IMG/VR virus record: IMGVR_UViG_2061766007_000712
Length of the DNA: 64,000 nucleotides
Source: an uncultured virus (IMG/VR IMGVR_UViG_2061766007_000712)
Taxonomy: Duplodnaviria > Heunggongvirae > Uroviricota > Caudoviricetes
Direction: 5' to 3' (one strand)
Below, piece by piece: positions 1 through 10,886 of this stretch. The stretch's first letter is position 1; the number at the start of each line of letters is the position of its first letter. Position numbers and translations under genes: made by a program. The notes under the pieces are model-generated. The model searched no databases. It had not been told where the DNA came from and saw only the letters and a list, made by a program, of their open reading frames with translations.

Positions 1-88
1 AATATATGCTAGAATATATGCTAAAACATATAAGGTAGAGAATATATGATAGAGAATATATGCTTGGAAATATCTTGCAAAAATATGC
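1..88. repeat. Short degenerate direct repeats AGAATATATG(C/A)T
   Basis: About four copies of (AG)AATATATG(C/A)T in the first 65 nt, plus weaker variants; truncated by the window edge. Confidence 0.7.
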
Positions 89-132
89 AGTGTTATGCAG
101 TTATGAAATAGAATAGGAGGTGTTATGAAAAT

Positions 133-3100
133 ATGCTAAGTAATGATTTAGGAAAAAGACTTGTTATAAGGTTTAAGAAAAGTAAAGATTTTAATAAGAC
201 AATAAACAAGTTGAAACAAGAGGGTTTTGAGATTAAACAAGAGAAAATCAAAAAACAAAGATATTTAAAGGTTCTAAAAGATAATAAGCAAGTATTATAT
301 ATGGTTTATGAAGATTTAGAAGATTTTAAAGATAATGAATTATATGATTATTGGAAAGAAAGTAAATACTTGCAAAATATAGTTGCAATGTATTATTAGT
401 TCTAGTTTGTATATATTATACATAATATACATACATAATATATGGTATATATAAATTAGTTCTAGTTTGTANNNNNNNNNNNNNNNNNNNNNNNNNNNNN
501 NNNNAAAGTAAATAGGGAAATGTTAAAAAGATTTTTAGAGATTATGGAAGATTATAACGAGTTTGTCTTTGGTAGCGAGAAAGATATTAAAAGACAATTA
601 GAGATATGTTTAAANNNNNNNNNNNNNNNNNNNNNNNNNNNNNNNNNNNNNNNNNNNNNNNNNNNNNNNNNNNATTTTAGAATAGAAAGTAGATTTTAGG
701 AGGTATAACTATATGAAATGGGAAGATATTGTTAGATATGGTACTTATGTAGGTAGTTATACAAGAGAAGATTTAAAAGAAAAGAAAGATAAAAAAGATT
801 TAGAAAGAATAAGACTATTTTATCAATACAATACAANNNNNNNNNNNNNNNNNNNNNNNNNNNNNNNNNNNNNNNNNNNNNNNNNNNNNNNNNNNNNNNN
901 NNNNNNNNGAATTATATTATGATTTTAAAGAAAAAGAAACAAAAATAGGTAAAAAGATTTTTAATATTTTTGATTTAGATTTATGTAGTATTATTAGTAG
1001 TAATAATACTTGGTGGTTAGAAAAACATAGTAGATATAATACTATACCAACATATTTTATAAACTATTTAAGAAAGTATTTAAAGAGAAAATATAACTTA
1101 GATTATTTATATGATATGTTTGATGCAAAAATAGATATGGAGGTTAAATAATATGAGTTGTTATTTTGAAAATAGATTATTTANNNNNNNNNNNNNNNCA
1201 CAAGAGGTTGTAGAATATTGTAAAAAGGAATGTTCTAAAAATTATAACGATGCAAAAGTACAAGATATGCAATGTATATGTGAGTTTTTATGTTATAGAA
1301 TAGAACACAATGTAAAGATTACATTTAGTCAATACCAAGATATACAAATTAAAGAATTGTGGGAAAAGAACAATAAATAAGGAAGAATAAAAAGAGGTAA
1401 AAGGGTATGGAAAAGAAAGAGATATTTAGAGAAATATTAAAAGAAAGACTACTTAATCAAGAACTTATGAAAGTTGAAAGTATTGTTGCAAGGAAAGAAA
1501 GAAGAGAAAAGAGAGAAGAAGAAAAGCAAGCACTTATCAATTTAAGAAATATGGTTATAAGTAGCAGAGAAGAAAAACAAGAGGGAAGAGGTTTTAGGTT
1601 ATGAAAGAAAGAGAATTATATAATAGATTAGAAAGTATGGAAGATAAAGATATACAAATAGAAATATCGGCATCTATCATTTACTTAATCAAGGCAAGAG
1701 GTTTTAGTTTAAGAAAGATTTTAAGAGATATTAAAAGTTTAACAAAATTACTTTATAGAAAAGAGGGGTAGTATGATTAAGAGTATATCTTTAATGAGTA
1801 ATGAAGAACTTATNNNNNNNNNNNNNNNNNNNNNNNNNNNNNNNNNNNNNNNNNNNNNNNNNNNNNNNTTATAAAAGGAACTCTATTTATAAAAAGAGTG
1901 AAAAAAGAATAGAAGATTTAGAAGAAGAAATGAATAAAAGAGGTGTGAAATGTTTATAGTTTATTATAAAAGAGATGGTGTAGAACATTTTTTCATTTAC
2001 TTTTATAGCGATTATGGGGAAAATGGTTATAAATTATGGTTGGGAAATCATTTTGTCCCATTAGTAGAAGATGCTAGACTACTCGATTTTAGAATAAAAG
2101 GTAAAGATTATAAAGAAAGACAAGAAAGTTTAAGAGAAATAGCAAAAAATTGGCAATTATATTTTAGTTATTTAGGTTGGTCTTATAGTGAACTAGGGGC
2201 AATTATGAACTTTTTTACAAGATATGCTAAGCAGTATGGTCTAGTAAAAGAGTTTAAAGAAAATGGTATATGTTAGGAGGTATAAATTATGAAATATTTT
2301 TTAGTAGTAGATTGTTGTAGTGATTATAAAGAGGTTGTAGATTTAAAGGGTTTAATTGAATTATTAACTGAAAGTTTAGTAAGTGATGCAACAACAAACA
2401 ANNNNNNNNNNNNNNNNNNNNNNNNNNNNNNNNNNNNNNNTTGAATTACAATCTAACACAAGCAATTATAATAAATTAGTTGATTATGTTATAGAAGAAT
2501 TAAAAGGTTATTCTTATTATGTTAAAGATTTACATAATATTGCACTAGATTTAAAAGATTTTAAAGAATATAAAAATTATAATGTAGATAGTCAAGAAAG
2601 TATTTATTTAGAACAAGTTATTAAAATGGTTGAGGAGGAAATTAAATAATGAAAATGTATTTAGTAGTTAGAGATTATACTAACGATTGGAATGGTGGCA
2701 GTGAAACATTTAAGTTATTTAAAAACAAAAAGGATGCAATCTGTTATCTTAACGAACAAAAAGAAGAAATAATCAACAACAATTATGGTTATGATTTTAT
2801 AGAAGAAGAAGATAATATGTATTGTGAAAGTGTTGAGGGGGAATATAACAATTTTCACGATTTAGTAGAAATTGAAGAATTGGAGGTAAACTAGATGCAG
2901 TTTAATTATGAAGATTTTAAAAAAGAGGTAAATAGTGGCGATATATGGGGTTTAGAGTATTTAGAAAAGACTTTAATTAGAGAATATAAAGAAACTCCAT
3001 TTAACCCCATTGAATATACTAAGAGCGATTATATTATAAGTTTATTTTATGCTGTTAAAGAACTTAATAGATGCAACGATATTTATGAAACAAGTAATGT

Positions 3101-3191
3101 TGAAAACAATTTTGATTACGATTTATATTTTCAAACAAGAGATTTACTTTTTAAAGAACTTGGTTTTAATATAGAAACATTGTTTAATTAA
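133..3191 (+). other. Cluster of about 12 small hypothetical genes, probably an early/host-interaction operon
   Basis: Closely packed short ORFs (133-399, 1153-1380, 1407-1604, 1950-2276, ~2289-2649, 2649-2894, 2895-3191 and others broken by N gaps), most with GGAGG/GAGGT RBS; opposite strand to the rest of the genome. Confidence 0.75.
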
Positions 3192-3202
3192 AAGGTGGAA
3201 CA

Positions 3203-3277
3203 ATGGTAATTTTAATAATATTGCTTATTGCTTATGAAATAATAAAGGGCATCCACGATGGTAGTGGTTGGAATTAA
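3203..3277 (+). CDS. 24-aa hydrophobic peptide MVILIILLIAYEIIKGIHDGSGWN
   Basis: AAGGTGG RBS, ATG at 3203, TAA at 3275-3277 directly before a terminator. Confidence 0.55.
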   Translation: MVILIILLIAYEIIKGIHDGSGWN

Positions 3278-3303
3278 AAAAAAGACTATTTCTAGTCTTT
3301 TTT
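3276..3303 (+). terminator. Intrinsic terminator ending the plus-strand cluster (possibly bidirectional)
   Basis: AAAAAAAGACTA-TTTC-TAGTCTTTTTT. Confidence 0.8.
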
Positions 3304-3314
3304 CTTTTACTTTT

Positions 3315-3540
3315 TATTTTCCATTTTTAAGGGGGTTTTAGCATCCTTTTTGTTTCCTAGTACATTTATACTATTTTATCTTTAATCAAGCATCTAACTA
3401 GGTTATATAAAGAATTAGAGGTATATTAGAATATACATATACTCTTATTTTCCATTTTAAAGCCCTTTTTAGCGACTTTTATACAAAATAGTATATTTAT
3501 ACTACCTTTATACTTTTCTCTTAAAATAGGCATATAAGAA
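3315..3540. repeat. Two tandem copies of a ~100-bp degenerate element with TAGT-N8-ACTA core
   Basis: TATTTTCCAT-N42-TATACTA with identical spacing in both copies. Confidence 0.65.
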
Positions 3541-3544
3541 CATA

Positions 3545-3718
3545 AAAAAAGACTATATTAGTTTATTAGGTTTACAATTATTCTTAGAAATGAAAAAAGG
3601 GAATTATTGTTGAGCGATAATCTATTATTTTTTGCGATACGATATTTTTACATAACCTAATTTAAAAAATATAATCTTCTAAAACAGATTATAACATAAA
3701 ATATATACGATTGGAAGA
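3545..3718 (-). ncRNA. Candidate small RNA with own promoter
   Basis: TTCCAA-17-TATAAT (TG-extended); no ORF; TTAGGTT/AACCTAA closing stem; U-tract end. Confidence 0.35.
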
Positions 3719-3741
3719 AAAATATATTCAGTTTATAAAAT

Positions 3742-3771
3742 AAAAAAGCATATATTTTGAGATATATGCCC
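3742..3771 (-). terminator. Intrinsic terminator
   Basis: GGGCATATAT-CTCAAA-ATATATGCTT-TTTT. Confidence 0.75.
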
Positions 3772-3784
3772 TTATCCTGCGATA

Positions 3785-4024
3785 TTATCCTTTATATGCT
3801 TTTCTATCTTTTTTCGCTCTTGACTTAATAGGTTCTCTTTTGCGATATTCCTTAGCATATCTTTTCTTGTATTTTCTATATTCTTCGCTGTCTTTATAAT
3901 ATTCTCTCTGCTCTTTTGCATATTTTGGTTTGTTAGCCTTGTGCTTTGCAGTTTCTTTTCTTATAAGTTCTTCACGATACTTCTTGTTTTTTTGATAATA
4001 ACTCTTTGAACTTGATTTTGCCAT
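3785..4024 (-). CDS. Very basic K/R/Y-rich small protein
   Basis: ORF with AAGGA RBS, upstream TTGACA-17-TATAAT promoter (~4109-4137) and own terminator. Confidence 0.7.
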   Translation of the reverse strand: MAKSSSKSYYQKNKKYREELIRKETAKHKANKPKYAKEQREYYKDSEEYRKYKKRYAKEYRKREPIKSRAKKDRKAYKG

Positions 4025-4138
4025 ATAGATATTCCTTCTTTCTTAGTTTCTTAGATTAACTCTATATATAGAAATATCTATATATTTAGTTCTAGTTTAA
4101 CTATCACTATTATATCTTATCTATATGTATGTGTCAAA

Positions 4139-4393
4139 TTATAGTTCTAGTTTGTTGTCATCATCTTTGATTAAAACATACTTAGCAAAACTAGATGGTG
4201 TACCATATCTATCTAAGAAATCAATTTTCTCGCTTACAATATTTAGTCGGTATTTGTATCTTAGATTGTAAATAATACCACTTAATCTTGTTGCACCGTA
4301 TTCTTTGATTGCTTCCCAAGATGTGATGCTACCTTTTCCTTGTAAATGTAATAATACGGCTTTTGTTTTAGTCATTTTATTCCAAGTTTTCAT
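4139..4393 (-). CDS. Helix-turn-helix protein
   Basis: VLLHL..GSITSWEAIKEYGATRLSGIIYNLR pattern typical of small phage HTH proteins. Confidence 0.75.
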   Translation of the reverse strand: MKTWNKMTKTKAVLLHLQGKGSITSWEAIKEYGATRLSGIIYNLRYKYRLNIVSEKIDFLDRYGTPSSFAKYVLIKDDDNKLEL

Positions 4394-4394
4394 A

Positions 4395-4607
4395 TTATTC
4401 CCCTTTCATTGAATATTCTTTTGCATAATCTCTCATTAAATCTCTAAGCAGTTCACTGTATGCAATACCTTTTTGTTTAGCAACTCCCTTGAAAATATCA
4501 AGGGTTTCTTTGTCTATTCTTATGTTGATATTCTCTTTGTAGTTATTTGGTTCTTTTACTTCTCTTATGTATGTTATGTTGTCTTTTCTTTTTATTAGTT
4601 GTTGCAT
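4395..4607 (-). CDS. Ribbon-helix-helix/CopG-like regulator
   Basis: INIRIDKETL..FK..A...GIAYSELLRDLMRDY. Confidence 0.65.
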   Translation of the reverse strand: MQQLIKRKDNITYIREVKEPNNYKENINIRIDKETLDIFKGVAKQKGIAYSELLRDLMRDYAKEYSMKGE

Positions 4608-4911
4608 TTTCTTCCTCCTTGATAATTTCTTTTAATGTTTTTACTTGCTGTCTTAATCTTTTATTTTCTTTTGTTAAATTTTCAATTTTGCTAGGTTCAT
4701 TATGCCATTCAATAAAACCTTCCCAAAGTTTATTCTTAATTATTTCTTCATAATCATCAATTTTCGCCCTTTGAAAGTTTATTGTGGCAAGTTGTCTTAG
4801 CCATAATACAGGTCTAAAACTATGTTTTGTTTTGTTTTCTATATTCATTAAGAACACTCTTTCTTTTTATCTTTTGTCGCTATTATTAACTTAGCAACCT
4901 CCACCCCTGCA

Positions 4912-5337
4912 TTAGTANNNNNNNNNNAATTTTTGATTAGATAAAATTGAACTTTCTCTTCTTGTTACCTTTTTTAAATTTTTAATATCAAAGTTTGTTC
5001 TATCTTGGTCTAAAAATATTATGTAATCATCACTTGTTAGTTTTTCTTTATGATATTTTTCATATATCAATCTTTGCTTATATTCATATTTATTTTTGGC
5101 TACTTTTGCAAGTACCATACCATCAGGTTTAATATATTCGCATCCTANNNNNNNNNNNNNNNNNNNNNTTATAATCTTTATATCTTATCTTTCTTTTGGA
5201 TAAATATAATTGTAATTGTCTTTTAGTTATGTTATACCCATATTCTATTGAATACTTATGTAATTCATCTAATGTATAAAATGGGGCAATTATAATCATA
5301 TTTTTTTCAAATGTTTTGTCATATTTATTTCTCATAT
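4912..5337 (-). CDS. HNH-like protein, split in the ORF track by N gaps
   Basis: GYIKPDGMVLAKV...KQRLIYE...IIFLDQDRTNFDIKNL degenerate HNH pattern. Confidence 0.5.
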
Positions 5338-6310
5338 AAAACACCTATTTCTTTTAAAATAGTTGTTTCGGCTTGTGGGTTATTCTTAACCATATCTTTA
5401 ACTCTTAAACTTGTAGATACTGCTTTTAAATATGCTTGTGCATTTTGAGATAAAGCACCACTTCTTGCTATTTCAATTTTTACTTCTCCTGCAACTGCAC
5501 TAGAAAGTCTTTTCATTTGCTCTCTAAGTTCTTTTTGCATTTCTATAATATCATTATTCATATATATCACCACCTTTTTCTTTATACCATTCTTCAACTT
5601 CTTTTATACATTCTTCATTTGGTTGGCATTTTGCCCCATTCTCTATCATATCAATTATGGCTTTATATGTGTATGTTAATTCAATATCAACTCTTTCTTT
5701 AGTAAAGCCTTCATAACCTAAGTCGTTTAAACCATTTTCTATGTTATATAAGCCCCATTTGCAATAAAATATATATATTTTTAATTATTTCTTNNNNNNN
5801 NNNNNNNNNNNNNNNNNNNNNNNNNNNNNNNNNNNAATTAAATAACACATTGAATATGGAATTATTATAATATCAAGAACAACAATAAACGGAGTAACCA
5901 AAGCAAGTAGCATCATTTCTAATGCTAAACTTTTTTCTCCAAAATAACTACTCTTTATATCTTTAATTTCATTTTTCCAAACATTATATACAAGCATATT
6001 TACATTCCCTCTCTTATGTATTTTATTATTAAAAATCGTATTGCTATATCAAGATAATGTTGTCTTTCCTCTTCGTTGTCGAAATGTCCTTTATATGGGT
6101 CGTGGAATGTCTTTTCATAAATACATTCTCCACCAGCACTTGGATATTCTACTGTAAACCTACCCCATCTAAGTCTTAAATAACCTATTTTTATTTTTTC
6201 GTTGTTTTCTTTTACAAACACATCGTATTGTTCAGGACAAGCACCACAAGTTTTAATTATTTCTATTTTTTCTCTTAATATATAATCTACTATTTCTCTA
6301 TTATTCATAT

Positions 6311-7231
6311 TTACATCCCTCCTAAAATTGCATTTGCTACATTGTATTCGGTCTTATTCTTATCTCTATCAACTTGTTTTAAATATCTTGTTGTTGTATT
6401 TATACTTGTGTGATGTAAAACTTGTTGAATATCGTAAATACTGCTACCTGTTTCATAACTAGCAACTGCAAAACTTCTTCTAAGACTATGACAACTTATT
6501 GTGTCTTTGTCTATTCCAAATTGTCTAAAAATACTTTTTACTCTACTTCTTAGACTTGTAGTAGTTAAACCACCACCAAAATTGTTGTGACTTGTAGATA
6601 TGAAGATATGACCTGTTGTTCTACTTCCTATATAGTTTTTAATATCTTCTAATACTTGATTTGATAACTTAACATATTCACATTTACTATCTCTTTTTTT
6701 ACCTAAAACAAATAAAACTATTTCTCCGTTGTATTCTCTAATATCTTCAATAAGTGCTGTTGATATTTCGCAAACTCTTAGACCTGTTGTAATCATAAGA
6801 CCAAATAATGCTTTATCTTCTAAATTAGTTAAATTTTTGTATATTGTTTGCATTTGCTCTACTGATAAAACTTCTTTCTTAGGTGTTGTGTCATATTTTG
6901 CACCTTTTAAATCTACACAGATGTTTTCATATAATTTATGTATCTCTAAATACTTAAATAAAGACCTTACGGAAATCATATAGGTATTAACTGTATTACT
7001 ACTATATTTTAGTCTTAAATCATCTCTAAAAGCGATTATATCGTTTCTAGTAGGTTTATTTATTCCTTTGTCTTTTAAATATTCCATTAAGTTTCTAATA
7101 CCAACTTTATATGCTCTAAGTGTTAAATCATCTACATCTAGGTACTTAATAAATGTTTCTTCATAATCTTGTAATTTTTCAAGTGTAAGTTCATTTTTAT
7201 TTTCTAAAACTATATTATTCATATCTTCCAT
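6311..7231 (-). CDS. Tyrosine recombinase (integrase/XerD-like)
   Basis: N-terminal SAM-like domain; TTGLRVCE, GK, HSLRR, LHH and TTRY catalytic motifs; own promoter TTGACA-17-TAATAT. Confidence 0.92.
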   Translation of the reverse strand: MEDMNNIVLENKNELTLEKLQDYEETFIKYLDVDDLTLRAYKVGIRNLMEYLKDKGINKPTRNDIIAFRDDLRLKYSSNTVNTYMISVRSLFKYLEIHKLYENICVDLKGAKYDTTPKKEVLSVEQMQTIYKNLTNLEDKALFGLMITTGLRVCEISTALIEDIREYNGEIVLFVLGKKRDSKCEYVKLSNQVLEDIKNYIGSRTTGHIFISTSHNNFGGGLTTTSLRSRVKSIFRQFGIDKDTISCHSLRRSFAVASYETGSSIYDIQQVLHHTSINTTTRYLKQVDRDKNKTEYNVANAILGGM

Positions 7232-7305
7232 CTCCCTTTCACTATAAACATATTACCATAAATAGGTACTGTTGTCAATACATAATATAAAAAAGAGTAA
7301 AGATT

Positions 7306-9486
7306 TTAGTTTTCTTTACTCTTTTCGTATAATTTTCTAAGTGAAATTATGTCTTTTTTTAGTGTTTCTTCATCTTGCTCTTTTAACCAAGCATAGAAAT
7401 AATTGCTTTCGGCATTGTATAAAGTCGATAGTTTGACTTTTCTTTTACCTAAAACTTGGTCTTTTAATGCTCTCATAAATTTCCAAAACTTATAATATGG
7501 GAATTTAAGTTTAGTCATAAAGCCATCACATTCTATTACAACACCTTCAATATCTTCCTTAGAATTAATATCTTCTTCATCAGTATTTTCTAAATACCAT
7601 TTATGGAATTTTCTAATATCATCAAACTCACAATATATAGTCTTACATTCACAGTTAAATAATTTTGCAAGTTCACATAACTCCTCATAAGATTTTCTTC
7701 TAAATTCAAAATCATTGTCAATAATATCTAGTAATACTAATTTGGAATTATCATATTCAATAATATGTGGGTCATTTTCAATATCAATAACCTCAAATAC
7801 CATCGAAACATTATTTTCTTTTAGATATTTCTCTACAATTTCTTTGTTGATGTTGCTGTTTTCGTAAATGTTTTTGAAATAATCAGCAAATTCACCTTGA
7901 TTTGTAGATTTACTTGCTATGAATAATTTATCATTTACCCAAGACATTATTCCTAAGAAACCATTTTCTTTTTTATAACAAGTAATATGTTTATCCTTGA
8001 ACTTGACAAGTAGATGTTCTAGTTCACTACTCTTAACTTCATTAACATTGAAGAACTTTTCGTAACCTCTTGCTACTACTTTTTTTGTTTCAGTATTAAC
8101 AAATAGACCTCTTGCTTTGCAAGTTAATTCATCCCACTTTTTACCATAAAATGCTCTATGTGTGAAATTAAACGAACTTATATCTTCTCCAAGTTGATTT
8201 TCTTTAATATATTGGTTATCTCTTAATTGTTTAACAATGTCGATGTTGTTATTTTTAACTGAACTACATTCTCTAAACTCATCAGCCTCTTCTTGTGCCA
8301 CAAATACATCGTTTTTTACTGCAATCATAATTGGTTTATCGCCTTTTTCAAGTCTTAATACTTTTAAATATCCACCAAACTCAACTTTGCCTTCAAGATT
8401 ATAAGACTTCTCAGCAACACCATTTATTTCAAATGTATTTCTATGTCCGTGTACTTGGATAATATCATTATCAATTTCGTTTTTAGCAAATACTTCATCG
8501 ATATTAACATTATAATCTCCTACACCATTTATTAATTGTTCAGTTGCAACAAGTTGTAATTCTTTAGGCATCATATTAATTCCACCGTGCGAAACAATAT
8601 ACTTTTTACCATCGAATGTAAAATATGCCATTTGACCTAATCTTCTATATAAATCTCTAAATAATTGTTTATCTAAATCTAATATTTCATAGATTGTTTT
8701 GTGCATAAACATTTTAGATTTAATCATTTCAACTTCATCATTTGCATAATAGTTAAACCATTTTTCGTGATTTCCTTCTAGCATTAATACATTTTTCTTA
8801 TCGTAAATAGTATTTAGGAATAAAGCAACTTCTTTGTTTTGTATTCCTCTATCAAAATAATCTCCTGTAAAAATGTAAAAGTCATCTTCACTATATGGCT
8901 CGTTATCAAAATACTCTTTAAGTGGCTCGTAGCATCCGTGAATATCGCCAAAGATATGTATTCTATTGTATTTATTCATATCAAATAGTTTTACACCAAC
9001 TTCATCCCAAAAGTTGTTTTTATCTACTTCTACCCAACCACTTGTTTTGCCTTGTGTTGCAAGTCTTGAATACATTTTATCGATAACACTTTCAGGAACT
9101 CTTTTATAATCTTCCCTTAAAGCATTTCTCCTTTTACACTCTTCAATAGGAACATCAGCAAAACTTACATAATATCTTCTATATCTATATCTTTCACATA
9201 ATTTATTATATCTACTAAAATCACTTGAACGAGAGTGAGTTGCATCTACGATAACGAACTCACCTCTTTTCATTCTTTCTTCAAGTAATTCAAATAGTAA
9301 TTGCCATACATAACTATCGTTACCTTGACTTATTATTCTATGAGTATGTTCAGCCGATAATATAGGGCTTTGAACAAGTAATCTTATATCATCAGCACTT
9401 AAACAATAATCTTTTAAACTCATTTCTTTAATCCAAGTAGATTTTCCACTCGCTGGGCTACCTCTAAGAATTATTAGACTTCTCAT
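7306..9486 (-). CDS. Polynucleotide kinase + metallophosphoesterase + RNA ligase fusion (RNA repair enzyme)
   Basis: P-loop GSPASGKS and DAT; GDIHG, GDYFDRG, GNHE and HGH; ligase motifs KENG, FE, EGVV, K.K. Confidence 0.88.
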   Translation of the reverse strand: MRSLIILRGSPASGKSTWIKEMSLKDYCLSADDIRLLVQSPILSAEHTHRIISQGNDSYVWQLLFELLEERMKRGEFVIVDATHSRSSDFSRYNKLCERYRYRRYYVSFADVPIEECKRRNALREDYKRVPESVIDKMYSRLATQGKTSGWVEVDKNNFWDEVGVKLFDMNKYNRIHIFGDIHGCYEPLKEYFDNEPYSEDDFYIFTGDYFDRGIQNKEVALFLNTIYDKKNVLMLEGNHEKWFNYYANDEVEMIKSKMFMHKTIYEILDLDKQLFRDLYRRLGQMAYFTFDGKKYIVSHGGINMMPKELQLVATEQLINGVGDYNVNIDEVFAKNEIDNDIIQVHGHRNTFEINGVAEKSYNLEGKVEFGGYLKVLRLEKGDKPIMIAVKNDVFVAQEEADEFRECSSVKNNNIDIVKQLRDNQYIKENQLGEDISSFNFTHRAFYGKKWDELTCKARGLFVNTETKKVVARGYEKFFNVNEVKSSELEHLLVKFKDKHITCYKKENGFLGIMSWVNDKLFIASKSTNQGEFADYFKNIYENSNINKEIVEKYLKENNVSMVFEVIDIENDPHIIEYDNSKLVLLDIIDNDFEFRRKSYEELCELAKLFNCECKTIYCEFDDIRKFHKWYLENTDEEDINSKEDIEGVVIECDGFMTKLKFPYYKFWKFMRALKDQVLGKRKVKLSTLYNAESNYFYAWLKEQDEETLKKDIISLRKLYEKSKEN

Positions 9487-9675
9487 TTTCTTCCCCTACT
9501 TCTATTATTGCTTTATCTATTTCTTTTAAAATAGTTTTTGTTAATTTTCTTTTTATTCTTGCATTATTTAATGTTTCGGCAATAACACTTGCCATAAATA
9601 TTATTGCAAAAAATAAAAATAGTATTTGCAAAACTTGCCATAAAAAATCTATAAACATAATTTCCCCTTACCTTT

Positions 9676-10077
9676 CTAATCTAAGAAATCATCAGTTATT
9701 TCAATTTGCATATTATCTAAATTTTCTCTAAACTCGTTAAAAGCATCGTTTTGTTTTTGCTCTTTTGTTTGAACAATATCAAAATCAGTAACAAGATAAT
9801 AAATTATTGGATGATATTGGTCAGCAGGGTTAGTTTTAAAGTTTTCGTAAGCACATTTAATAATTATATCAATGCCATTCCCTGTTGGGTCAGGTAATTC
9901 GACACCCTTTTTAAACATTACATCAAAGTAATACTTATCTACTGTACCCTCATAATTTTTTTGAGTTAGTTGTACTTTATAAAAAGGTATATCTTTTCTT
10001 ACAGTTTTAAATATTCTTACTCTTTTCCCTGCTTCTAGTTTATGTAATATTTTTGGTTCTTCTTGCATTTTAATCAC
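9676..10077 (-). CDS. Putative single-stranded DNA-binding protein
   Basis: Beta-rich core with acidic tail IEITDDFLD; lies in the recombination module. Confidence 0.55.
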   Translation of the reverse strand: MIKMQEEPKILHKLEAGKRVRIFKTVRKDIPFYKVQLTQKNYEGTVDKYYFDVMFKKGVELPDPTGNGIDIIIKCAYENFKTNPADQYHPIIYYLVTDFDIVQTKEQKQNDAFNEFRENLDNMQIEITDDFLD

Positions 10078-10298
10078 CTAACTTATCATAATATTCATTT
10101 AATCTTTTGTGGTATTCATCTTTTAAGTTATTCACTTCTTCTAATTTTTTAGAAAATTCATCTTTTGTTTTAGTATAAAACAATTCTTCCATTTTTTGAG
10201 CCATAGCATTTTTAATATGAGTAGGGTGAAGAGTAGATACATCTACTTTTTCACCCTTGCTATTAGTATAATATTTTTTTTCTTTTTTTTGTTCCATA

Positions 10299-10637
10299 TT
10301 ACTCCTCCACTACTTTTTTATATTTATTGATATTTGGATATGCACTTAAGAAATGTATTCTATAACCTGTAGTATGTAATTCATAATTTTCTCCAATTTT
10401 AAGTTTTGCATAAACATCACTACTGTTAAATTTGCCTAAAAATAACAAATCGGTAATTTTATAAACATTATCACTACATTGAACTAAATATACATCTTCA
10501 CCGTGTATTCGTTTTACCCATTTATCTTGTATAGTGCAAGTAATATCTTTATTATTTTGATAATCTAAAGAACAAGGAAAACAGATAGCAACAAACATTA
10601 TTAATATTAATATCCCTTTAATAATATTTTTACCCAT
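10299..10637 (-). CDS. Membrane-anchored phage protein (DUF1523-like)
   Basis: N-terminal TM segment; ITD.LF.GKFNSSDVYAKL..G..Y...GYRI.FLS.YPNI pattern. Confidence 0.5.
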   Translation of the reverse strand: MGKNIIKGILILIMFVAICFPCSLDYQNNKDITCTIQDKWVKRIHGEDVYLVQCSDNVYKITDLLFLGKFNSSDVYAKLKIGENYELHTTGYRIHFLSAYPNINKYKKVVEE

Positions 10638-10886
10638 TACTTATTCAACTCCTTTTCAAGAATTGTTATTTTTCTTTTAAGTTTAGTTCTTTCTTTTCTA
10701 AGTGCATTGGAACATTCTTTTTCCATTTCTAAAAATTTTCTTGTATCTTCAAGTTCAATAAACATAGTCTTGCATTGTTTTACAGCATTAACTCTTTCAC
10801 TTGAAAGTTTACTATTTTGTTGAACTAATTTTTTATTGTTTTCTCGTTCGATTAAATATAATTTTTTATAATTTTTGAATATTTTT

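Noticed and set aside
396..471. TTAGTTCTAGTTTGTA duplication (similar at ~4087 and ~4142) as att sites
   Set aside because: Short, AT-rich, one copy abuts an N gap, and no host-phage junction is visible
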